A stretch of DNA of 64,000 nucleotides from Azolla caroliniana (GCA_043228905.1 JBHGNT010000003.1:13330001-13394000); one strand, 5' to 3'; positions 51,301-64,000 are shown, counted from the stretch's first letter. Program-made: numbers and translations. The notes: generated by a model from the sequence alone, not told the origin.

Positions 51301-54300
51301 TTTACTGCAGAGTCCAGTTTCAGCACTCTGAACTTTGTGAATGAGATCATATAATGGTATTAACTATTTTGCATCCATCGATCACCTTCACTTTTCTTCA
51401 GACTAATGATTGCTGTTATGTATACTGTGTAATGCAGCCTCTTCAAGTCATAGTTTACTGCACAGTCCAGTTTCAGCACTCTGAACCTTGTGAATAGATC
51501 ATATAATGGTATTAACTACTTTGCATCCCATCGACTATCTTCACTTTTCTTCAGACTAATGATAAGTCCCCGGAATCAAAGGCATCTACAACAACCAAAG
51601 CGATGAATGATACCTCACCCCTAGTTAAAATTAGCAATGGGCACGGTTTCGGTCAAACCAAACCAAACCGTTAAGCCATGGTTTAACGGTTTATTGGTTC
51701 CAAACAAAATTATTGGTTTCGTTTGGATTTTCGATAAACAGTTCGGGTTCGGTTCGGTTTGGTTCTAAAACTCAGGTTTATAGGTTTATAGGTTTGGTTT
51801 GAAGGTTTATAGGTTTTTGGTTAACTTTTCTTTTTACCTTAATAATTTTTTAATTTAATGGTTATTAACGGTTTTTTATTGATTTAATTAATTTAACTTA
51901 AATGTTTATTTAATTTAATGGTTCAATTAAAGTTTCTTTTATTGATTTAATAAATTTAACTTAAATGCTTATTTAATTTAATGTATTTTTGTTTATTTAG
52001 ATGTTTAATTAGTTTGATTTAAATGGTTAGGTTTAATTTTTTTATTTAATGGTTCAGTTTGGTTTCAACTTTTCCCTAAACAGTTTGGTTTGGTTTTTGT
52101 TTTATATAAACGGTTCGGTTCAGTTTCTTTGCCTTGAAACCGAACCGAACCGAAACCCAACCATGCCCATTGCTAGTTAAAATTGTGTACCCATGCACAT
52201 TTATGTTCTCCCATGCATATGACATGAACTCCATAGTGTATCCACCCAATTGACTGACCTTAGATAATCAAATATATCTGTGCAATATCGCCATACATTT
52301 ACTGAGCCATATTTGCGTAGGCATTCATCATAAAATCCATAAACCTAAAATAAGAGAAGAATATACATTGAGTTGAAACCACCTGATGTATGAACAAGCT
52401 GAACAATAGGTATAGAACACCAGCACTTTTACCTGTGTTATTTGTCTACTTTCATGATTACCACGTATTAACGTAATTCGATCAGGATACCTAACCTGAC
52501 ATGAACAAATCAACATCATGTTTAATTTTCACCACAAAATGCAGAACTTATTCATTTCACTTCCAACACTGGTATTTCTTAGTACATACCTATTACTTCT
52601 ACTTTTTATGAGCTGAGATTGCAATCAGATACTTACATCAACAAAAAAATCTAAGGTAGCTAGTTTAGGACACAAAATATGATGTTTCGTTAATTGACAC
52701 GCAACGATCTTGGTAAGAGTAAACATACCTTTAAAGCCAAAAGTAGCAAAAATGTTTCCACAGAATAGTAACCTCGATCAACAAAATCACCCAAAAAGAG
52801 ATAATTGGTTTGTGGACATTCTCCTCCAACTTTGAACAGCTCTTTCATGTCATAGAATTGTCCATGAATGTCTCCGCAGATCTGCAGTAAAGAAGGGGGG
52901 CGATTACCAAAATATTTAAAATTACAGAAGCAACTTTATCATACATTGAGTAAATTGCATTTAAAGAGCTCTATATAATCGTTAGAAATATCTCAAGCAT
53001 ATTATGCATGAACTGATGTGCATGTAGCTTAAGATGTCCACATTAGAAACTTGAACCAGAACCAGTTTCCCTGTACGAACATATTGTCCTAAGAGTTAAA
53101 TGTTGCTAATATCAAAGTCATGGTCATAAGCACTGTCAAAATGAAAATCGGCAACCTGTAGCATAAAATGAAGATGAGGCAATTGAAGTGATCCACAGTT
53201 TCAAACCTTGGAAATGGCAGACCTAGTCAATTTACACTAGAAACATAAGAAACTGTGCGAACATATTGGACTAGGAGTCAACGTGACTAAGATTAAAGTC
53301 ATGGTGGTGACCACTGTCAAAACGGGAAATCAGAAACCAGTAGTATACAATGAAGAGGAGGCAATTGAGGTGGTTTCAGTCTTGAATACCTTGGAGCTGA
53401 CATAACTTATGAATTTACACTTGGAAGAGGTGTCTAACTAGGAGTATGGAAACCAGCACTGTCCAATACTATTACTTTGGGAGAATGTGCCACATAAGCA
53501 CAACACAAAGATGGGAGATTAGAGCAATGATATTCAGTGAGAGTGTAGCTCAGCTTCTTCTTTATGAAGCTGAGGTTTCAGTATGAAGTATTTCAGTAAC
53601 CTCATGGAATGAAATAGATAAAGTACAAAAACAAATTCTAGTCATTCAGAGATTAAGAGCACAATCCCATACTCTATAATGTTTTCTGAAATCTGAAGAA
53701 GGCCAATCAAGTTTATGCCCTTCAAAAAGTTTGCAAACACGTACTGAAAGTAAGAAAAAAGCCTCAAAAAGCCTTCACAAGGTCACGTAGGAAATTCAAC
53801 GCTTACCACAGAAAAACCACATAAACAGATTTCTTTCATTCAGCAGGAGCCAATACATCTGGAACTAGTTTGCAAGATGGCATGTTGAAGAATATTTGGA
53901 TGTTCATGTAGAGGACAAGAAAGGGACAGGAGAACATGAGTAGAATCCTTATTCAGCCAGATTGGAAACACTCAACACGAAATGGAGAAAATCCGAACGT
54001 AGATAGATCTAAGTTTGACTATTATTGCAGCCATATTAACACTCAATATTGGAAAATTACCACGGGAGTCAAGCCAATGCCCGAGCTTAAATCCAAACAC
54101 CTATATCCAAAATGAATGAGACATGCCACCAAGTGATACTCACAATCACACTGTTGAAGATATAAACACATTTTTGGCTGGACATTAATTAGAAAAGGAG
54201 AATATCCCAGCAAGGCTGAACATTGGCTGAATAGAAACAGAAGATTGGCAGAACACTGAGCAGAAAAAGAGAATACCGGAAGCAGAAGAATGTGTCCAAG

Positions 54301-56525
54301 GAATACCTCACATATGAGGACACCAAGTATGCTTTTCAAGAAATCCTACAAGGTTGTAGCTTTCAAGAACTCCTAAAGAGGACAGAATCATCATCAATAA
54401 CACTAGTCATGCTCTTTGCTCATCCACTTGACCACTGAACCAAACTCATCTATGATCTAAAAAGTGAAATTTTGAAACAAGTTTAGTTTTCTCTTTCAGA
54501 TTTCACTTTTTCTATATGTTCAATCATTTTAAAATCTCCAATCTACACAACTAGGGAGAGTACTTTGAAGCATTTGCTGTTCTGTGAACATTAATAATCA
54601 TCATCTCTCTGAGATACTCGGGACATCTTTCACCCAGTATCGCATGATACGAGAGAAAGCTAAGGAAACAAGTAATAGATTGTGTAGCCCACTCCCAGCC
54701 AACTTAAGCACAAAGGTGATAAATTTAATAAGCTATACCAACCACTCAAAGAGGGAAAATGGGCAAATTGTCTATGAAGGCTCAATGATCATTCAAGCAT
54801 TCCAATTATTTAAACCCGCAGTTACATCCTAGGATCTACTATGATTCCTTCTTCTTTTTTTATTGTGTATCCCAGTTCTCAGTTGCAGGAACAGTTCACC
54901 TACACTTTGGGTTCAAAACAACTAAGTGTTGGCACAATCTGAGATATAATTGGCTCAACATGTACAACACAAGTTAGAACTTAGATGCATATACCCCAAT
55001 TATAGTATTAGGATTTGACGCTCTCTGCCATCACCCTGTGGCCAAAACTATGACCTTGATTGTGAATGTGGAATGCTTTTTTAATTCAAACTTGATCATC
55101 CAATTGGTACATCATGGACAAATAAAATTTAACGATTTCTGGTGGAATACAATGCCTTTCACATGATTTCATTGCAAAGCACATGCACATGGAAAACATG
55201 GCAAGAAAAAATCGATGAGTTTTCAGAGATATTAGAAGATTTGAAAACATTTTAAAATTTGCAGGAATTTCAAAGAGAAAAGTTGTGTGCATGCTAATGT
55301 AAATAAAGAGCTATGTAAGCAAATTTAAAGTGCAATAGCTGTGAAATATGCAAGTGGAAGAATTTTATGGGTTGGGTATTTGTTGAAAGCATGATTACTA
55401 TGCACATCCATTTTTATGTTCTCGACACACTGATGCGCACTAAACAACGTACACATGGTGCATATAGTTATGCAGTAAAGGACAAGGGTATCACCTCAAG
55501 ACATCTTACATTGGATAAAAATAGAAAATTCTGTATCAAGGTTTTGGAATAAGAAACTAATCTAAAAACGTTGTAAGGGTCTGGCATGATAAAAATAAAG
55601 CAACACAGCTTTCATTTGTAGCAATGTGCTGGTTCATGTAAGATCAAGTTGCACACATAGATTATATGCCAAGAATATGAAACCATCCATTTTCCTATTC
55701 AGCAGTTCTCCACATCCCCACCTTCTAGAACATAACTCAGGCCCCTGCCAGCCAATTTGAACCCAGACTTAGAGACTTGCCTTAAAATGAAAAAAATGGC
55801 ATGTAAATTATGGAAAGCAATAGGAAGAGAGACATAGTCCAACAAAATCTAGTCAAATTATGTACATGCTGAAAATCAAATTTTAAATATCCATCAGAAT
55901 ACTTAAGAAATGATTGCTGGATATTCTGAAATCAGTATGTCCAAACTTAAGCAAGTCTCAGCGTTAAAGAATCTAACCGAACTATCTTGAAATTGTACTT
56001 ATTGGAAGTACTTTGGAATAATAATTTATGGAGAGTTTCTTCATGTACTTTCTCAGAAGAAAGTACATGAAGTGCTTATTGGAAGTGTGTATGTATATGA
56101 TTGCAGGTTAGTTATATTTGATTCTGCATCGTATGGACACGCAAGAAAACGAGAGAATCTGTTGTTGTTGTTGTTGTTGTTCTGTAACTTGGCAAAGTGG
56201 TGTGTGGTCTTCTGATCAAAAGACAGTATGTGAAGAGATGGCATGTTTTTCTTTATATGCAACGCAAGGCAGGCAGCAATAAAACATTAATTAATCTGAC
56301 AAGCTTAAATTCATGAAACCGAAATTCAAACAGAAACCGCATGGTGTGGTGATGAAGAAAAACAGGAAAAAGGGGAGAACCCACGGTGACAGGAGCATCG
56401 ACGCGCTGCACGTTGCTCTCCTCCACCAGGATCTCCATGGCCTTGAGGCACAACGCCTTCACCTCTCCTTCTTTCAAAGCCTCGCATCGTCGCAGCTGTT
56501 CAATCTGACGATCCAAGTCTGACAT
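48232..56525 (-). CDS. PPX: serine/threonine protein phosphatase 4 catalytic subunit (PP-X), 8 coding exons, 304 aa
   Basis: Exons 56525-56385, 52881-52729, 52495-52433, 52344-52259, 50689-50614, 50543-50278, 50143-50065 and 48282-48232 total 915 nt; all introns GT-AG. Motifs GDIHG, GDFVDRG, GNHE, SAPNYC. N-terminus [12 protein letters not shown]-terminus PDYFL. The PPX1/PPX2 paralog cannot be assigned. Confidence 0.97.
48297..48354. repeat. (TC)29 microsatellite in the last PPX intron
   Basis: Direct count; ends 12 nt from the acceptor AG. Confidence 0.95.
48355..49400 (+). mobile_element. LINE ORF2 C-terminal remnant in intron 7, with a ~120-bp internal tandem repeat
   Basis: [20 protein letters not shown] and repeated [15 protein letters not shown] units at 48540-48990. 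Right end is approximate. Confidence 0.65.
51253..51563. repeat. ~153-bp tandem duplication in intron 4
   Basis: Units start at 51253 and 51406. Confidence 0.9.
51632..52175. mobile_element. non-autonomous hAT element (MITE) in intron 4
   Basis: 17-bp TIR TAGCAATGGGCACGGTT / AACCATGCCCATTGCTA (1 mismatch). 8-bp TSD GTTAAAAT (51624-51631 / 52176-52183). Subterminal AACCG/CGGTT repeats and an AT-rich core. Confidence 0.93.
53090..54450 (+). mobile_element. old LINE ORF2 remnant in intron 1, antisense to PPX
   Basis: [12 protein letters not shown]...AIEVV (present twice), then QLLLYEAEV and [10 protein letters not shown], homologous to the intron 7 remnant. Ends are approximate. Confidence 0.6.
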
Positions 56526-56529
56526 CTTC

Positions 56530-56531
56530 TG

Positions 56532-56564
<33 letters not shown>

Positions 56565-56905
56565 TGAAACGCAGGGATGCGGCAGAGAGAGAGAGAGAGA
56601 GAGAAGAGAGAAAGCCACGCAGGTTAGGCTAGGATGGCTTCGGCTTCCGCTTCCGCTTCGTTAACCTACACTACATAATATACATACATACATACATACA
56701 TACATACATACATACATACATACATACAGCAAACAAACAGACAGACAGACAGTAGTAGTAGTAGTGGTAGTAGTACTTACTCCTTTACTACTTACTTACT
56801 TACTGTCCCGCCGCCGCCTGCCTTGTTCTGTTTTGTTTGTTTACGATTACGAGTTTGCGTGTGGAGAAGAGAATGATGGTGGTTCAAATGGAAGAAACCA
56901 CATAC

Positions 56906-56942
<37 letters not shown>

Positions 56943-57010
56943 TGTCGTTTGTATTGTTGATTATTGAGCAGCAGCAGAGCAAGCGCAAGAGCAAGAGCAA
57001 GCGCAAGATG
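56530..57010. repeat. microsatellite cluster in the PPX leader/promoter
   Basis: (TTTC)n, (GA)n, (TACA)n, AAAC, AGAC, (GTA)n, (TTAC)n, a second (GA)n at about 56908-56940, and GCAAGA repeats. Confidence 0.9.
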
Positions 57011-58445
57011 AAGAGCAGAAGGGCAGGAGGGAGGGAGGAAAGAAAAGGAAGGAAAAAAGAAATTAAATAAAGAAAAGAAAAGAACTCTCCCCCTCCCACA
57101 ATCATCCATCCATCCCAATCATAATAAACAATACAGCAAAATACACAACCAGCATACATATTTTCGTATACACACACACAACACTTACACATACCTAAAT
57201 TGCAGCTTAAATGGCTTCACAGTTTAGGCTTATAGGACATTTTCTAAATCAGAAGATTATAACCTATTAACATAATTAGTTATGACTGATTTTCTTCTTT
57301 TCTGGATTTATAACTGGGAGTTAGTTCTTTGGTTCGAAAACTCTTTGTTTTAAAGAATTGTTCAAAAGTTAACCTAGAATATTTGCTTTGCACCTACCCC
57401 AAAAACCATGAAACCACATCTTAACGACTTATCCATTTTTAAATCTCTTAAAGAGTTTGGTTCGAGTTTCGAAAACTCTCGAACAGTTTGGTTTAAACGT
57501 TTTTGCATTTTGGCTTGGTTTGAAACACCCAAGTCGAATCGAATCATTGTTGATTGCTAGTAGTACAAATCGTAGCCCAAACATCCCTTTGGATTCGTCA
57601 CATCATCAAGAAGAGAGTATGTGATATATTGGGTTCACCATATGTTTCCATTTTTACAATTCTACGACTCGTGTCACATCACGAATCTCAACGGTGTACA
57701 TTAATCAAGCCATGAAGGGTTTGATGGAATCCAAGATGAAGCTTAATATTGTGCAAGTTAACATGTGGATGTGTTTTTGTTACTGTCATAACATTAAGAA
57801 CTAGTATTAAAGGTCAATTCTAATCTATTTAATGGTGGGATAACTCGGAAATGGTTATCCTATGACTTAGGACATATGGGAACGAACACATGGTCATCGA
57901 GGAGCCTACGGAATTTTGTTATATGAAGGGATTAGCTACCTTGTCAGATACAGTATATTTAGACACATCGTAAAGACTCTACTTGAGAAGCATAGCTCTA
58001 TTATTTAACATATAAGGTATGTTGGACTTCTCAAGTAGAATTGAATGCCATATATAGTGGTATGTTATGTTGATGGAAGGTTCTGCATTTGTCACTATGA
58101 TATACTACAATATGCCAACAATATACTACGATAATATTTGTTTACTTCCAATATGCCATATACATGCAAAGAACGATGACGATTGAGCATGATGAAGTAG
58201 TTGTAATTGTTGGTACAATGTAACAATATGTAAGTACCCTCTCCTTGTAGCAGTATTGGACAACCATCACTTTTACTTTCTCCTTTCTAATCATTACTAT
58301 TGTACATGTCACTGTGATATATTGAAAAGTTCCCAACAATATGGAATATAAGTTTGAAATTGACAAGATCAACCAAATGGATATAATCTCTATCTGAGGC
58401 CATCAATGTTCATAAAAGAGGTGAGCAAGAAACGCTATTATATGT

Positions 58446-59692
58446 TGTTGAGAATCAAGCTCAACTTGGTCTAGTGTGTGAACTCACCTTGAGAGTGAAT
58501 AGACACTCCAACGGTCAAGAGTCACCATTATGTCACCTCTTTGTATTCTAGCATTTAGTATGAGTCATAGAATCATATTCTATGACACATAATGTTGGGA
58601 GACAGGTCCCTCCGGATGGGAAGGGAGAAGAACAGTGCCGACGAACAATCTCGGCCGAGGCTGAAACCGGAAGAGGAGTACCCGGCTACAGAGAGCCGGA
58701 TGATACAGACTCGGTGTGAACCGGATGAGGAGTACCCGGCTACGGAGAGCCGGATGGTGCAGACCCGGTGTGAACCGGATGAGGAGTACCCGGCTACGGA
58801 GAGCCGGATGATACAGACCCGGTGTGAACCGGATGAGGAGTACCCGGCTACGGAGAGCCGGATGGTGCAAACCCGGTGTGAACCGGATGAGGAGTACCCG
58901 GCTACGGAGAGCCAGCCGGATGACGCAGACCCGGTGAGAACCAGATGAGGAGTACCCGGCTACGGAGAGCCAGCCGGATGACGCAGACCCGATGAGAACC
59001 GGAGGAAGAGACATATTCGTAAATATGTTTCTGAGAGCCCATCGAGGCTATATTTGTAAATAATCGAAAAGTCATATTAGTATAATTATGACTTAGGGCA
59101 AATATGTGTTGTGGTTGTCATTCTTCTTGTTGGTGCAAGAAAAGAGAGAGAGCGCGTAACTGTACAGAGAGGGAGAGAGAGAAAGAGGTCGTTGCCTCTA
59201 TTGTAACCGCCGCCTGTGGCGAAGGTCTATGAGCACGAGGTCGTTGCCTCAGTGAACTCACTGTTGTATATACTAGCCGAGTGATAGTGGTGGGCTGCCG
59301 TGGTTTTTTCCCTTAGTTTGGAGTTTTCCACGTAAACCTCCTGTGTATCTTCCTCTTCTTTGTGTCGTGTTTCATTTCCCGTTTTCTGTGTATGATCCTA
59401 AGCTCGGTTGTGGCCGAGCGTTGTGCATAAGGAGCCTTGAGTTCCAGTCACATAACTTATGAGCTTTCACGTTCCCCATGCTCCACGAGTCTTGTAGTTA
59501 ATGAAGAGAGAGGGTGACTATATAAAGCACCCTCCTCCCACCTTGTATTCAGTTGAGTCTTTCTCCTTTGTTAATATAATCTGCCTTGCGTATTCTCTGT
59601 GTATTATTCTTTGTCTCTCTCACTCTCTCTCTCATACACACACATAACTCACATCTCTTCCGCTTCACAAGAATCATATCCGATTCTTTACA
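58446..59692 (+). mobile_element. old solo LTR (G-family-like start) containing a younger solo LTR
   Basis: TGTTGAGAATCAAGCTCAAC resembles the LTR starts at 1330 and 16020. Ends TTTACA. Flanks TATGT/TATGC. Confidence 0.7.
58593..59450 (+). mobile_element. solo LTR (Copia, D-related) with 54-bp tandem repeats
   Basis: TGTTGG...GTCA ends, perfect TSD CATAA. About 6 units at 58667-59005. Homologous to 14289-14995. Confidence 0.95.
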
Positions 59693-59904
59693 TATGCCAT
59701 ATTGAATGGGAAGGTCTAATTGAAATATGTAAAAAAATCTTTGAAATAGAATGCATGGAAGTACCTTTGCAAACGAAAAAATGAAAATGAAGGACTTGTA
59801 GATATATTCCATGTAACTTTTCACATCAGCTTGGGTGAGTGTGCTAGACGTCTCTGCATAAAGATGCAAGACACATTAGAAGGTTTCGTTTGATGCATAT
59901 ACCA

Positions 59905-62880
59905 TGGCTAGAGGGCAACTTTAGTCCTACGACTTAGTGCCTTTGCATTTGTCGGTGTCGGTGCTCCCAGGATGGCTTTAACCTTGTTCGAATCGACTAC
60001 AACCCCTTCCCAGCTCACGATATGCCCTAAGAGTGTGTCGTTGGTAACCCCCCGAAGGTGCACTTCGTTAGATTTAGGCTCAAGTGTGACATCCAACACT
60101 TTTCCAAGCATAACCGGAGGTGGTTAAGATGTTCATTATTTCTATTGTAGACGTGAAATCATCTAAGGTCACATGCATAAATCCTAGAATATACTTGCCG
60201 AATATCTCCATTATAATGCGCTAAAACATGGCCGGAGTTGTCTTAAGCCCGAACATCATGACTACAACGACAACCCCCCCCAACCCCCCATTCCATGACA
60301 AAAGTCATCTTCTCCTTGTCGGCCAGGTGCATTTGGATTTGGTTGTATCCGCTAAACCCATCCAGGAAACTATAAATCTCATGTCCGGCCACTACATCCA
60401 ATACTCCATGTGTAAAAGGCAACGGAAAGGCATTCATGAGAATGGCATCATTTAACTTCCCGTAGTCGACGCATACCCGGATTTTGCCATTTTTCTTCGG
60501 CACAACTACTATTGGGCTGAGCCATGTGGATTGATTTACCGGTCTCGACTCTCAACAACTTATCAATTTCCTCCACTTTGACGGGGTAGTTTAGATTCAT
60601 CCGGTATCGCCTCGGTATTACTGGCTTGGCGTCTTTGCTAAAATTTCGGATCAAGCCCTTTCATATCCTCATATGACCAGGCAAATACATCCCTATATTC
60701 TTTCAATAATTCTACCATTGATTTTCTCTCAATTAGTACCAATTCCTTTACTATATTGACCGACCAAGGGTCCTCTGATATCCCTAAATTTACCTCTTCC
60801 AATGTTGACGCCTTCACACACTGGGAGATGGCCATTTCCCTCTCCAATGCCTCTTGTGCATTATGTAACTCCCGGATGGCTTCCGAGTCCGACCCGCTTG
60901 AATCCTCCTCTGCTACCGCATCCTTCCCGAACACGTACGGGGGGTGATGGCTTCGACTATGTCTATCTCAAACAATAATTATTGTGGACGGTTTAATATT
61001 ATTCGTGGATTTTCTTTGAGATAACGGTCCACTTCCTCATCGGCTAAACCGACCAACATGTGGACTCCTTTGGTGTAAAACAATCTTATTTCTTTCGTGG
61101 TCGTCATGTGCTCCTGCGTTGGCACTCGAACTTTGATTTTCCCTTGTCGGAAGCTAATCCTAATTTTTTGCTAGCTCTGCTTTATGTGGGCCGTTTTCAA
61201 CCAAGGTCTTCCCAGCAGCATCAGATAAAGCTCCTGGTGCATCCAATTGCAAGACTACCGCGGATATTGTAAATGCATATTGTTAGGATCGAAACCGGCC
61301 ACAACCGGTTACTTGTATGTAAGTTCGGGTGCAAAAACGAAAATGATAGTGCATAGACAACAGGAAACATAAAATACAAAGACACAAATGTTTTACGTGG
61401 AAAACCCAAAAGGGAAAAACCACGGGAGTCCTCAAACTCTAAACTAGATCACTATAAGGGGAGGAGTACGACGAGACGCTCCAAGGCAACAACCTTAAGC
61501 TCTCCTTCGTCAAACAGATGGTTGTAGAGTTACTCACACACACACACACTCTCTCTCTTACACAGTTATAGAGGCAACTATCTTCTTTTTGTCTATACAC
61601 AATGATAAACTATAATGATTATCACACCTTTCTAACTACTTGCACTAAGTGTATATATACTCACATACATAGCAAACTATTTACAAATATAACCTCAATG
61701 AACACATCTAGACTATTTACAAATATAGTCTCCCGAATCGGTTATACAATCGATTCTTGGCCTCGGCCGAATTACCCATTGCTTCCATCTGATTTGGCTC
61801 GTACTCATCTTCCCATCCAGAGGGACCTGTTTTCCCAACACATATCCTCCCGATGTTATCTCTAATTGCCGGATAAGTCCCAGTGACCAGATAGAACTTG
61901 TGTCGGCCATCCAGAGACAGAATGGGCATGGCGCACATTCCCAGATGTCGATTGTGTCACATATCCTCTTGCTAATTACATTCACTCCTGACCCACCGTC
62001 GATTATCGCTTCGGGCACTTCCATTCCCCTGATGATCAAATTTACTACTGGATTTTGATCATCCAGTACGGTTGGTCCCATGGTTGGATTCGCAAAATGT
62101 ATCAGGGCCTCTAGTAGTTGTTCTTTCCTATGTATTGTTGTTACGGTCTTCGTGAACCGGGGTACTAATTTCAAAAGTCTAAATAACGGCATTGTAATAT
62201 GACAATAATTGTCTAATGCTAGCAAGGCCGGATCTTCCGTCGACGGTACTTCTTCTATCATCGACTTCTTCCCTTTGTCCTCCTCCGTCAATTCTTGGAG
62301 CATTCTTTCCATGTTTTCCTAGTTCGCCTTTTCCACCCATTGTTGCATCACCTCTGTGGTCAGCATGTTGACTGCCGATGCCTTTCCTTTCGCCTTTAAT
62401 GTACATTGGTTTATATAATACGGCTCTTGTCAAAAAAAGTAGCAATAGAGTTTCTAGGGCTCTTGTGATCCGGAAGCTTGTCACGCCACTTCCTCTTGCC
62501 CTCTGGGATTGTATTGGAATGCCTTGGCATACTACGGCTTTCTTCATTCCTCCGGAGCTCTTCTCTAGTCATGTGGCAAGTATCGACGATCGATTCTCAC
62601 TACACCGCCTTTGATCGTGGCTCCTATGTTGATCGGCAAATCCTTGCCGATCAAAATTCCTTCTTTCCTCTCGTCACCTCGTCGAAATCGCTCATCCGGC
62701 CAAAACTGGCCTTCATCCGACCTTCTTTCTTCTCTAGCTCGATTTGTCTTACTAGTGTCGTTGATTTGGTTAGTAAGTTATACTCGCACCAATCAATGGT
62801 ATGGGTTAGGGAATGGCATAATGCACAATGTGTTCTCATTGTACATGAAAAGAGTTACGTGCGGAAGCTCGTAGACAAAA
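59905..62880 (-). mobile_element. decayed B-family Gypsy (gag end, PR, RT)
   Basis: HCALCHSLTHTIDWCEYNLL, IIDGGSGVNVIS, YRDVFAWSYEDMKGLDP and YSFLDGFSGYNQI. Confidence 0.9.
61281..61840 (-). mobile_element. solo LTR (third D-related subfamily)
   Basis: TG...CA ends, perfect TSD CATAT. Shares the 5' motif CAGGTCCCTC.GGATGGGAAG and the GGGTTTTCCACGTAAA motif with the other solo LTRs. Confidence 0.93.
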
Positions 62881-62941
62881 CCAACTTCACATGATATTAA
62901 TAGAAAATATGTGTAGGGCTTAGTATTGCATCTTTAGCCTC

Positions 62942-63780
62942 TTAGCGCTCCGATTCTTTTGACTTTGCCTTGTCGGCACGTCCGATCGGGTCGGTCTTCG
63001 ACTTACCTTCTGCTCCTTGATCGACGCCCTTAAGCTCGATCGCTTGTCGTAGTCCCATCCTTGTCCTTAGTGCTCCGAAGTGTTGTTCTAGGAGTAGCTT
63101 TGTTAGGCAATTGGTGATGTTCACCTTAGTGTCGATCTTCCGGACTTCGAGCTTCTTCTCTGTTATGAGCTCTTGGATATGATGAAACTGCACCTCAATG
63201 TGTTTCGTCTTCGCGTGATAGATTGGGTTCCGAATGAGGTGTATTGCGCTCTGTGAGTCGCAATAGATGGTTGGGGTTGGGTGGTCGATTCGACTTGTCA
63301 CTGAGAAGTCTGTTGACAATCGGTGCATCTAGATTGCTTCCTTCGCTGACTCTAACACGGCTATGTACTTGGCCTCTGTGGTAGACAGGGTCGTGCACTC
63401 TTGCAGCTTCAACCTCCATGATATGGCGGCACTGCCATAGGTGAAAGAAACATAGCTTGATGTCGACTTCCGATTGTCTGTATTTTCGGCATAGTCGGAA
63501 TCGGTATAGCCTTCGAATTCAATCAGACTCACTTATCCGAAAGTCAGCTGCACATCTTTGATTCTTGTTAGATACTTGAAGATGTTCTTGGCGGCCTCCC
63601 AATGCTTCCGTCTTGGGTTTGACATGTACTGGCTGACGATCCCTACGACATATGCAAGGTCGGGTCGGGTCGCCACCATCGCGTACATGATACTTCTTAC
63701 AACCGATGCATAGGGTATATTTCCATTGAGCTCTCTCTCCTTATCCGTCAAAAGAGAGTCTCTGTTAGCTAGTTGGCTAC
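62942..63780 (-). mobile_element. Copia RT-end/RNase H remnant
   Basis: GYTDSDYA and IYCDSQSAIHLIRNPIYHAKTKHI. Same family as 43695-44700. Confidence 0.88.
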
Positions 63781-64000
63781 AGGGTCGGAAGGTCGGAGTC
63801 AAACAAGTTTGAAAAGGTCGGAGTCGACAATGTTCTAAAGGACGAAGGAGTCGGAGTCAGATCATCGTGGCGGATCGATGAGTCAGCATTTACGAATTTT
63901 GCCAAGTAGTAAAAATATGTATTAGAGTTAGTTAGATAGTTTTGTAATAGTTCTTGTCGAACAAGGGCAAGTGTAATCTTGAGAAGAGACTCTCGGTCTT

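Noticed and set aside
56526-56618. N-terminal extension of PPX suggested by ORF 56253..56618
   Set aside because: It begins at a GTG and translates microsatellites; the conserved start is MSDLDRQ at 56525.
58580-59014. ORFs with 18-aa repeats (EEYPATESRMIQTRCEPD) on both strands
   Set aside because: They result from a 54-bp (multiple of 3) repeat inside a solo LTR; nothing supports translation.
63785-64000. GGTCGGAGTC repeats at the window end
   Set aside because: Probably part of another LTR, but it is truncated by the window edge and cannot be supported.

Overview
Eukaryotic, repeat-dominated plant DNA. The retroelement lineages suggest a non-seed land plant such as a fern or lycophyte (inference). 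There is one host gene: an intact 8-exon protein phosphatase 4 catalytic subunit (PPX/PP4C, 304 aa, minus strand, 48232-56525). The rest is mostly nested LTR retrotransposons, and most junctions resolve to the base by TG...CA ends and target-site duplications (TSDs). A decayed Tcn1-like Gypsy gag (F) is split by Gypsy A (16510-37971, 4-bp TSD). A in turn carries an Athila-like Gypsy B (19531-29583) and a near-intact Copia C (30527-35970). Also present are full-length Copia D (4286-9450), four solo LTRs, LINE remnants and a hAT MITE. The most unusual observations are four. B has a reconstructable ~931-aa extra sense ORF. B has no polypurine tract (PPT) but has a tRNA-T-arm-like stem-loop at that position. 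Four Copia families have inverted repeats that loop out the PPT/LTR junction. One Copia family has a conserved ~170-aa Pol extension lying between two PPTs. All alignments and counts were done by eye; no database search was run.
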